The notes beneath the pieces were generated by a model. It was not told the origin of the DNA, made no database searches, and saw only the letters and a program-made list of their open reading frames with translations. The position numbers were made by a program, and so were the translations under genes. From the IMG/VR virus record IMGVR_UViG_3300043173_000175, positions 1-56,477 of that record: 56,477 bases of DNA. The stretch is one strand, 5' to 3'. Position 1 is the stretch's first letter; every line of letters begins with the position of its first letter. This document shows positions 35,311-44,100 of the stretch, one piece after another. This stretch comes from a virus (lineage: Duplodnaviria; Caudoviricetes).

Positions 35311-35769
35311 TTAGCTTAGATCTTCGATGCGTAGAATGCCGTGCGAGTAGCGTGTCTTGGTGCCGTCTTTGTAGGCCGTGAGCTTCTCACCGCGGAGTAT
35401 ATCAGCCACTCCGAGATGAACCCATGAGGAAAATTCCAAAATTACCTGATCGAACGGCAGCTCCAGTTCGACGACCAGCTCAGCGGTCTCGAACGGAGGC
35501 CAGCCAGTGATCGTAAAATCACAGGCATTCCCATTGCGATGCTCCGAGGTTTTCGATCCATTTATCAGGCTGTTCAGCGCCTCGGGCCTGAAGCCAGAGC
35601 TGACGTTGACGCTCGCCTTCACATGATCGCGGAGTGGTTGTAAGCACCCATCGACCAAGCGCTGCAAGTTTTCCAGTACCCAGTCTGGCGGCGTCATGTC
35701 GATACCGTGGCGTGTTGCCGTCTGGGATCTCAGGAACTCCTCGAGTGTAAAATTCTTGCTTAGTTTCAT
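35311..35769 (-). CDS. Endolysin, peptidase M15A family
   Basis: LS.NF.L.EF..S, SGFR...LN, S.H..G.A.D, DQ.I.E and WVH motifs. Confidence 0.88.
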   Translation of the reverse strand: MKLSKNFTLEEFLRSQTATRHGIDMTPPDWVLENLQRLVDGCLQPLRDHVKASVNVSSGFRPEALNSLINGSKTSEHRNGNACDFTITGWPPFETAELVVELELPFDQVILEFSSWVHLGVADILRGEKLTAYKDGTKTRYSHGILRIEDLS

Positions 35770-35969
35770 TATCCAATTTCCTCAAAGAGATCCCTCAGGT
35801 TTTGGTCATCGGCACAAGTGCAGCGAACCACCTCTTCGGCAAAGGTCTCACAATACTCGGTGGATCCAATCGCGCACCCAGGGCCCTCGATGATGTTGTT
35901 GTTCCCGGTGTATGGAGTAGCAGCGCAGCCGGCTGCGAACACCACCATTGCAATCAGAATTAGTCTCAT
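35769..35969 (-). CDS. Small Cys-rich lipoprotein
   Basis: Lipobox AAGC. Confidence 0.55.
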   Translation of the reverse strand: MRLILIAMVVFAAGCAATPYTGNNNIIEGPGCAIGSTEYCETFAEEVVRCTCADDQNLRDLFEEIG

Positions 35970-36733
35970 GCTGCCGACGCCACCCTTATGTTGCCATTGT
36001 GAATTGAGCCCTGCTCTGTGGCGACCCAGTCAGGATTCGGCTCGGGCGGCCAGTTGTCCAAGGCATTATAGAGCCTGATGTCCTCGTGATACGAGTGCTC
36101 GAATCGCTCGATGTATTCCGGTGTCCAGAACTCCTCAGGCGTGAAGTCCCTGCTCCTGCGCTGATTCATCCTCGGGATGATCGGAAAGTCGAGGCCACCA
36201 ACACGCTTAATGATTCGACGCAGCTCGCTCTCGAAGTTTCCGAAATCGAGGGGCTCAATAAGCAGCTCACCGTTGACGTACAGATAGTCAGCCTGCGGAA
36301 TCGTTACCAAGCCCAGCAGTTGCTTCTGTCTCGGGTGCCCATCCATCTGGGCCAGCGTCTTGTTCATGTTGCTATGTACCCGCTTCGGCGTTGAGTGTCG
36401 GCCCAGCGCATGTACGACGCCCGATAAATGCCGACGCCGTGGCTCGCGCATGAAGGCATAGCAATCGTACTCACGAATCTGATCCACGGTCATCAGGCCA
36501 AGACCCACGATCTCCTGAGGTGTCATGTGTGCGCCGTTGATCCAAGCTGGCAGCACCCCATCGTTTACGTCCTTGTTGTCTATGTTGAACGCTGGGAACT
36601 GGCCAAGCGGTGCCTGCGTCATAATGTCGCGCTCGTCAAACGCACCGCACAGACGCAGCATGAACTCCTGCGTCGTGGAGCCGGTCTTTGGAGTGCGGAA
36701 GTAGGCGAACTTGTGGCGGTGCGAAATTATCAC
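35966..36733 (-). CDS. Sulfotransferase family 2 protein
   Basis: IISH.HKF.Y...PKTGSTT (5'-PSB loop), F.REP..R..S (3'-PB) and Y.EDI motifs. Confidence 0.75.
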   Translation of the reverse strand: MIISHRHKFAYFRTPKTGSTTQEFMLRLCGAFDERDIMTQAPLGQFPAFNIDNKDVNDGVLPAWINGAHMTPQEIVGLGLMTVDQIREYDCYAFMREPRRRHLSGVVHALGRHSTPKRVHSNMNKTLAQMDGHPRQKQLLGLVTIPQADYLYVNGELLIEPLDFGNFESELRRIIKRVGGLDFPIIPRMNQRRSRDFTPEEFWTPEYIERFEHSYHEDIRLYNALDNWPPEPNPDWVATEQGSIHNGNIRVASAA

Positions 36734-37305
36734 AATACCCACACCTCGAAGGGATCGGTGCCAGTGAACGGAGTAGCGGCGACAGAATCCCAGAACCATC
36801 CAGTGCCACCATCGACATTAGCCTGATAGTCAGTCGCAGCAGACCGAAGATAGGTAACACCATCAATGATGATCTTCTCGAACGTCTTGTCGGTATCAGG
36901 GATGGATGTCCCAGCCAAAACAAATATCAGAGTGTCAGGCACATCTTGGTTGCCGGAGCCACCACCCCGAGCGTCCTCCACCCAGTAACAGGAATCGATA
37001 GTTCTTGAGTTGCTGTCACCGTCCGTGTAGATCGCATCGCCGATACTGCCGAAACTACCGGCGTAGCTGTAATAGTCAGACCCGGCATCGAAGCCAAATG
37101 CTGTGATGTCCCACGTTTTCTGGGTCGGTGTGGTAGTCGAAGTTGTGTTGACGACCTGCTCTGCTTCCGTGATCGTCGTGTCGAGCGCTTGACCAGCACC
37201 GCCACCGCCGCCCTGCGACAAGTAGCCACCAGCAAGCATTCCCATGCTGCACAACTTGAAGCCCTCAGAGGTCAGAATGCCTTGCCTGTTTTTCCGGTAT
37301 CGCAT
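36730..37305 (-). CDS. Tail-associated hypothetical protein
   Basis: T/G/D-rich 191 aa ORF after fibre genes. Confidence 0.5.
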   Translation of the reverse strand: MRYRKNRQGILTSEGFKLCSMGMLAGGYLSQGGGGGAGQALDTTITEAEQVVNTTSTTTPTQKTWDITAFGFDAGSDYYSYAGSFGSIGDAIYTDGDSNSRTIDSCYWVEDARGGGSGNQDVPDTLIFVLAGTSIPDTDKTFEKIIIDGVTYLRSAATDYQANVDGGTGWFWDSVAATPFTGTDPFEVWVL

Positions 37306-37314
37306 AGTCGTGTC

Positions 37315-38709
37315 CTAATAGTTCAAGATGTAGCTGCCGTACCAACTGGCACCAGCGTCATCAGTCCAAAGATGTATGACATCGTGCTTGCCGCTGACTG
37401 AGGTGAGGGTCGGCTCTCCAGGATCGCCCCACTTCACACCGATGTCAGACCAGTCGATCGTCCGTGTTGTTGCTGAATTGTATATCAGCTTCAGCGTCAT
37501 CTCGCCATACCTGCCGCTCGCCGGCTCGTTCAAGATGTTCAGCGTGGTGATGCTCGCGTTCATCGTGATCGCGTACACCTGAGCCGTCGAGTAGTTCAGT
37601 GTCGTACTGGCTGTAGCGGTGAGGGTCGTCCTGAACAGCGCATAGTCATCGATGTACGGACGCTGAAGGACTCCATCAGCCATGCTGACATTACTCACGA
37701 CCATCGTGTTCGTTGATGGGTTGTACGTGAATGTGGCGCTGCTGTCCCTCAGTATCGAGGCGTTGCCAGCGGTGTGAACGGTTGAATTTATGAACGGGAT
37801 TTTGTAATTGAAGTTCCCAGCCGAGGAGCCGTAGTATGAATTAACGCCATTGGCCAAGCTGCCCGTAGCTAAATTGGCAGCACCAAAGGAGCGCGTTGCA
37901 ATCGCCGTGACGATGCCATCTGTGACCACGATGTTGCTGAATACATTGGCCCCACTGAGCACTGAGCTGGCTCGGTCGAATGCGCTGTGCGTGTGGCCTG
38001 AGCTGGCAAACGAAAGGGCCCCATTCAGGTAGTTGTTCAGCCGGCTGATGTCTGCTCGCCGGATCGTGCCAGCATCGCTGACAATGAACTCATCCGTGCC
38101 AACGAGGTTCGCACCGATGTCGGTCTGGCCAGTGATTGCTGCGACCACCACGGTCAGCGCAGTAGAGCCGGTCACATGGCCAGTGTGAGTGGCGTTAGAT
38201 ACGAGCCCTGAGTAAAGGGTGTTGACTGCATTGTTACCAGTGTTGGTGCCTGACAGGTTCGTCGCTGTAATGTTGCCAGTGACAATGGTCTGGTCTTGCA
38301 GTCGTATCTGCCCACCACCAGCAATCAGACGAATGTCACCGATGTCTGCATTGATGTAGAGGTCAGCATTGCCTGTATTGCCAAAGCCAACATAGCCCTG
38401 CCGCACAGCACCAGAGTCATCGAAGCCGATGAATGGATTGGCAACGACACCAGCCCCACCAGTGTCGGTGAGTAGTAGCATCTCACCGCCAGCAGAACGT
38501 GACAGCTTGGTGATGCCGGTGAATGTCCAGTTTGACGAGATAGTCTCAGCTACATTGTCGTAGACACCGACCCTGAAAACAGTGGTTGCTGTTTTCGAGT
38601 AGAGGATCTGGTCAGCGGTGTTGATCGCCAGCTCGCCCTGCACCAGCTCGCCAGCCGTAGGGACATTCGAGGGCGTCGAACTCTGCTTGATTATTATGGT
38701 GTTGGCCAC
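37315..38709 (-). CDS. Tail fibre protein
   Basis: I.IK.S.....VP....L..GELAINTAD N-terminal motif; T/G/N/S-rich. Confidence 0.75.
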   Translation of the reverse strand: MANTIIIKQSSTPSNVPTAGELVQGELAINTADQILYSKTATTVFRVGVYDNVAETISSNWTFTGITKLSRSAGGEMLLLTDTGGAGVVANPFIGFDDSGAVRQGYVGFGNTGNADLYINADIGDIRLIAGGGQIRLQDQTIVTGNITATNLSGTNTGNNAVNTLYSGLVSNATHTGHVTGSTALTVVVAAITGQTDIGANLVGTDEFIVSDAGTIRRADISRLNNYLNGALSFASSGHTHSAFDRASSVLSGANVFSNIVVTDGIVTAIATRSFGAANLATGSLANGVNSYYGSSAGNFNYKIPFINSTVHTAGNASILRDSSATFTYNPSTNTMVVSNVSMADGVLQRPYIDDYALFRTTLTATASTTLNYSTAQVYAITMNASITTLNILNEPASGRYGEMTLKLIYNSATTRTIDWSDIGVKWGDPGEPTLTSVSGKHDVIHLWTDDAGASWYGSYILNY

Positions 38710-38718
38710 GATCTTTCC

Positions 38719-40539
38719 TTAGAACGTGCCACCATCGATCGTGCTGTTGGCATACTTCAGCGGAGTGACCGCCCGAAGATCGTCAGTCGCGGTATTCATT
38801 TCAGTCTGGGTAGCCAGCTCGATGTAGCCCGGGACTGTTTCAGAGGCAGCTCCGATATTGCTCTGCACGATCGTCCAGTCAGCGATATTTGCTGCGTCGA
38901 CTGAGTCGACATCAGAGATCAGGACGTCGCCGATCTCCAGCTCTACCGTGAAGAACGTACCGGCTGCCGTGACCGTATACATATCACCGATCTCAAGTAC
39001 AGGAGATCCAGTGTCCAGGGCCGGCGAGTTGGTCGCAGCGTTGTAGCCGCCCTTGTGAGTCAGCGCACCAGTGACGGCGGTGTCGATGTAGGCCTTGATT
39101 GACTGCTGCGTTGCCAAATGGACAGCGGAGTTCGAGCCCATCAGATCCTCGTCGAGCACCCAGTTCCAGTCGGCAACGACCAGCGTGTCGTTCTCGCTGA
39201 CGTACTCGGTGACGGCGTTGTTGAATAGCCCCACGCTGATCGCGCTTATGAGCGCCTTTTTGGTGCTGTTGTCCGTGGCATCCTCAATGGCAATCCAGTC
39301 AGCGGCGGCTGCTGTGACCACGGACAGCTCGGTCAGGTGGAGATCGATGTCAGGCGTTAAACCACCACTCGAAAGAATACCGAGGCCGCCAGTGACGTCC
39401 GTGACAGTGCCGCCACCCACGCCAGCATTCAGCGAGAAGGTTCCAAACCATGTCGTGCCGCCGTCAACCGTGAACAGATGCACAAGATCCACCACGTTAT
39501 TGGTGGTCGTGAGAGTCGGCGGTGAGCCACCTTGCATCCACGTAATCGAACCCGGCCACGTAATGCCATGGGCCGGCGTACCCATGACGATCGCAATACT
39601 GACCTCGCCGTAGGTGCCGGAGGCTGGCGGGTTGATGACCGTCAGGGTCACATCAGCCGTGGCTGGATCCATCTCGATCAGAAATGAGTTGCCGTTCACA
39701 CAGTTGAGTTCAACTGCGTTGCCCGAAACAGTCGGCGCCGTGTGCTTGACCCCGTAGTCCTCGATGACAGGACGGTTGAGATCCTGGTCAGCACAGTTGA
39801 GCTGGCCAGTCAGCGTGGCACCATTGACCGCCATGATGTCGCCGGATCCACTCGTGTCGATCGCATGAGTGTGGCTGGTGGCGGCTACGGCGTTAGTGCT
39901 CCCACCGCTCAGGTTTGACGAGGGCGTACCCAGCACCACGTTGCCAGAGCCAGTGATGGCCGTGAAGTTCATGCCATTGCCGGAACCGACAGACGTTACT
40001 GTGCCAGGGTTGTTGGTGAAGGCCAGCGCACCATTGAAATAGGAATTGAACCGGCTGATGTCAGCGCGGCGAATGACACCGCCATCGTTGACGATGACCT
40101 CATCCGTTCCAGTGAGGTTTGCACCGATGTCGGTCTGGCCAGTGATCGCAGCCACCACCACAGTCTGAGCACCATCAGCGACAGACGTTACGTGGCCCGA
40201 GTGATTCGGATGCACGTAGTTGTTCCAGTTCGAGTCGTTGTTGAAGATGCTCAGTGGCAGGGCGCTAAACAGTACCCGCTTCGGTACGCTGTCAGTGACG
40301 TCCTCGAACACCGCGTAATCTGCCGTGACCGGAGTCGCGGCAGACAGGCCAGCAGTCGGCTGGGCCGGCTGGGCGTTGAGGTTCTGGACAATCTTTATAA
40401 GCGATGCCCCGGTGATACCAATGAATAGCTCATTGATGCCGTTAGGCGATGCCGATTCAGAGTTCGCCAGCTCTCCCTGAGCCAGTGACGGTGGAGTGTT
40501 GGTCGAAACCGACCTCGCAATCCTGATTGTATTAGCCAT
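38719..40539 (-). CDS. Tail fibre protein
   Basis: P.SLA.GELA N-terminus, ATQQSIKAY.D, ASET..G.IELAT..E and IDGGTF C-terminus. Confidence 0.75.
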   Translation of the reverse strand: MANTIRIARSVSTNTPPSLAQGELANSESASPNGINELFIGITGASLIKIVQNLNAQPAQPTAGLSAATPVTADYAVFEDVTDSVPKRVLFSALPLSIFNNDSNWNNYVHPNHSGHVTSVADGAQTVVVAAITGQTDIGANLTGTDEVIVNDGGVIRRADISRFNSYFNGALAFTNNPGTVTSVGSGNGMNFTAITGSGNVVLGTPSSNLSGGSTNAVAATSHTHAIDTSGSGDIMAVNGATLTGQLNCADQDLNRPVIEDYGVKHTAPTVSGNAVELNCVNGNSFLIEMDPATADVTLTVINPPASGTYGEVSIAIVMGTPAHGITWPGSITWMQGGSPPTLTTTNNVVDLVHLFTVDGGTTWFGTFSLNAGVGGGTVTDVTGGLGILSSGGLTPDIDLHLTELSVVTAAAADWIAIEDATDNSTKKALISAISVGLFNNAVTEYVSENDTLVVADWNWVLDEDLMGSNSAVHLATQQSIKAYIDTAVTGALTHKGGYNAATNSPALDTGSPVLEIGDMYTVTAAGTFFTVELEIGDVLISDVDSVDAANIADWTIVQSNIGAASETVPGYIELATQTEMNTATDDLRAVTPLKYANSTIDGGTF

Positions 40540-40566
40540 CTTAGTTCCCTCTACCTGCGAGTCTCA

Positions 40567-41133
40567 TCAGAAATATCCCGCGTCCGTTATCGAGCTTAGA
40601 TTCACTTTCTTGATCGAGCCGTCTGTGTCGTCATGGATGACTGCATCGTCAGCCGAATCAGCCACCACATCCGTCCTGTTTGTGATGGCGCTTACGTCCA
40701 GGGTGAGGTCAGTGTCGCCAGTCACCTCGCCCGTATGTGTTGGAGGAGCGCCGCCCGCTGTATCGGGATCGATGTAGACGCTGAATTCTATCTCATCCTC
40801 ACCGATGATGAACGGCGTAACCGTGTCTACCTTGTAGAGCAGCGGGGCACCAGCAGAGCGAGCAGCCAGTACCAATGAATCAGTGGTTGCATCTCGCCGG
40901 CCATCGAAGTCAGGCGCTCGATTCCACTCCGAGCTGGTGACAAGCCAGATGCCATTCTCGACAAGGTCGGTCTGCGCGACAACGAGGACGCGGTCGCCAG
41001 TGCCCACCGCCACCCCGTTGATTGTCTGCGTACCGTACAGCGTGATGTTGACGTCAGTCGCAACGACACACGGAACCTTGACCGCCAAGCTGGCGACGTA
41101 TCCGTTGAATCTATCTGTGGTCTGGCTAACCAT
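40567..41133 (-). CDS. Tail fibre-associated protein
   Basis: NITL.G.QTI.GV....GDRVLV..QT...ENGI motif. Confidence 0.7.
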   Translation of the reverse strand: MVSQTTDRFNGYVASLAVKVPCVVATDVNITLYGTQTINGVAVGTGDRVLVVAQTDLVENGIWLVTSSEWNRAPDFDGRRDATTDSLVLAARSAGAPLLYKVDTVTPFIIGEDEIEFSVYIDPDTAGGAPPTHTGEVTGDTDLTLDVSAITNRTDVVADSADDAVIHDDTDGSIKKVNLSSITDAGYF

Positions 41134-44100
41134 TATCGATCTTCATTGACTCCGAGGAACCACTCGTACCATTCGGCTCCGTCCTCCTCGAACAGGGCCT
41201 CGACTGCCCGATTGGGCTGACTGGCCGGCAGATGGAACAGTGTACCCGTAACCTTGACGGCTGCCTTAGTCAGCGCCTCATCCATCTCGCCCTGCTCTGC
41301 CTGACGAATGAACTCGAATGCGTCCTTCACGACTGCACCGACTGGCGTGTTGCCGGAGCCGTACTTGGCCGCGGAGTATTCACGGATCATCGGTATGCCG
41401 GAGAGCATTGAATCGATTGTCACATCAACGGTCCAGCCGACCCAGGTCTCATCCTCGTCCTCATCACCGGGCCACCTATCGTATAGGATAGATGACGCAA
41501 TGCCCTCGACCATGAACAGCAGCAGCATGTCGGTCCCGAAATTTACAACCTGCTTCGGATCCTTGAAGTCTGTTCGAACTCCCTTTTCGTAAGCGATGTT
41601 GCCCTTGGCCAGCATGTAGGAGATCAGGGTAGTCCACAGTCGCACGAACTGACCCTGACGAGTGCGAGTGCCAAGGGTGCCTCGCTCGATGCCTGAGCGG
41701 TCACTGAAGAGGCCCGAGGTCTGGGAATTCTCGACGGCGGCATCAGCCGCATAGATCGCCTGCTCGTCGTTCGCGACATTCGGATCGTTGAGCGCAGCCT
41801 CGTAGGCTCCCATCCAAGTAGTGACGTCGACCACCGACTGCATCTTGGCGATCGGATAGAAATAGTAGTGCCCCATCAGCTCGACGCCCTGCTTGAACTT
41901 CGTCGGCGCTGGGCCAAACACGGAATTCAGGTAGCCGGCTGTATCGCTGACGTCCTTGTCCCATGTCTGCAGGATGCCGTAGCGGGCCTCCATGAACTTC
42001 GAACGCTCCATGACCATCTTGTAATTGCCGACCGGATCCCTCAGGAACTTGCCGAAGCCGCGGGCATAGGCCACCTTGCCGATGACGGCCATCGACTGAA
42101 AAATACCAGTGAGCTGCAGCGCCGTGACGTAGATGTTGAATGCCAGCTTCGATTTAGTGAAGCCGACCCGCGTCCAGGATAGGCTTTTCTCAACTATCGA
42201 CTGTGCCGGCAGCTCGCCGACCGCGGCATCACTGAGCCACAGCTTCAGCTCGTCCAGCATCTCCTTGTTGTTGGTGCCACGAGCTGCATCACCGACCTCC
42301 TTGCTGTTCAGGATCCTGTTGACCAGTTTGACCTCATCGCCGAGAGTCATGTCGCGGATCAGCTCTCTAAGATTATGGTCGACCGTGCTCAGGCTCAGCC
42401 GCACTACCCTGCCGTGGTTCTCGACGCGCTCGAACGTGGCGCCGGCCCTCGTGTTGGCACTCAGGTAGCCACCGCTCATCATCTTGTCGTAATACTTCTG
42501 GAACTCAGCCTCAGTATTTCCCAGCTTGCCGCTATGCCGAGAGTCGTACTGCAACGGGTGATAGCCGCCCTCGACTATAATGGTCTCGCCGTCACTGGTT
42601 TTGACTTCGAACGTCATGCCCTCGATCTTGGTCGGTGCAACGCCACGCCTGCGGATCTCAGTCTCAGCCAGCTCAGCGTAATAGGAGTCCTCGTATCGCC
42701 ACATGGCCTGCACGAACGCCCAGTCTCTTTTTTCCATGTTGTTGAGGCCCTGTGCTACGCCCTCCTGCGTGTAAGCTGGCGTCTGGTTGCCCTGCGCATC
42801 AGTGAGAACACCGCCGAGCAGGGCGCTGCGGTTGCTTTCCGAGCCCCAGTTGAGCGCCATCGCGAGGATGTCAGCCTTGGACATCTGCTCGCCCATGACG
42901 TCAGCGATCGGCTTGCCGAGCTTTGTCAGCTCCTCGTTGTTGTAGTGCTCCTGATAGATCTCAGCAATATCCTTGCCGGCCTGCTGCTGCCGCGGGATCA
43001 GCTTCTCAACATAGGCGCGACGGATCGGCACGATGATGTAGCGAGTGACGGCACCAAACCCAGCCTTGTCGAGCACTCGAGCGATCGAACTGGATCTCAG
43101 CCAGTGGCCAACACCCTCACGACTGCCGCGCTTAAATATATCCCAGCCGGTCTCACCTTTGCGTGGGGCGGGCCTCGCTACGTTGTTCTCGACAATGCTG
43201 CCGGCAACCGCGTCGACGGCATCCTGGATGATGACCTCTTCGCCATTGATGATCGCCTTGAGATCTGTGCGAGCCTGATGCTCGAGCTGCTTGACGACAT
43301 CCCTGACGCCAGCGAACTCCTGAAATGTCATGTCGCGCCAGCTCATCCCGGTGGAGCCCTTCAGTAAACGTAACACCTCAGGTGTCGTGACAATCTGGCC
43401 AGCCTCGATGCCGGCGATCAGCTCATCTTCGAGCTTGGCTTTGTCGATGTCGCTAAGCGATCGCTGCGCGAGGTCGATATTCTCGAGTACCGCGTCAATC
43501 TGTGGGAGCTGCCCAGCCTTACCCATGCGCTCACGAAGTCGATTACGGCGCTTGCCCTTGGGTTTCTCAAAGCCCCTCAGGTACTTGAGATCTCGTGCCG
43601 CCTGAGCCTTGGCCTTCACCGCTGCCCGATAGGCTTGGAAATTCATTATCTGCGCCCGCTTCTGGCGATATGCTTCGGCGAAGTCCTTTCGCTTCATGGC
43701 CTCGAACGCCAACCGGCCAGCCTTTTTCTCGGCCTGCAGGTAGGCATTCGGATTGACGTCGCGGATCCGCATGGCGCCGATTGCCTCAGCAGCAGCAGCT
43801 TTAATCGATGCCATGTTCTCACGCTTGGGAAGCTGACCCTTGTTGGCCTCAATGGCCTCACGCTCCTCGCGCTGGGTCTGATCCTTCACGGCCTTGACTA
43901 TCTTTGCGTCCTCCTTTTGCTGGCGCCTGAGCGCTCTCAGCTCAGCTCCGAGGATCTGGCTGCGCTTCTGGTTATGCACGGCCTTGGTTGTGTCGTCGAT
44001 CAGCTCCGGGCTGTTCATGGGATCAGGGTGATTGGTCTGCATGATCTCATTGGCCTTGGCTTTGATGTAGGCCTCCATGTTCGGCGCACCCTTGAGCGCC

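Noticed and set aside
38010-40160. Diversity-generating retroelement TR/VR pair (known from BPP-1)
   Set aside because: Differences between the duplicated fibre segments are mostly synonymous and not adenine-specific; both copies are internal to coding sequence; no reverse transcriptase ORF
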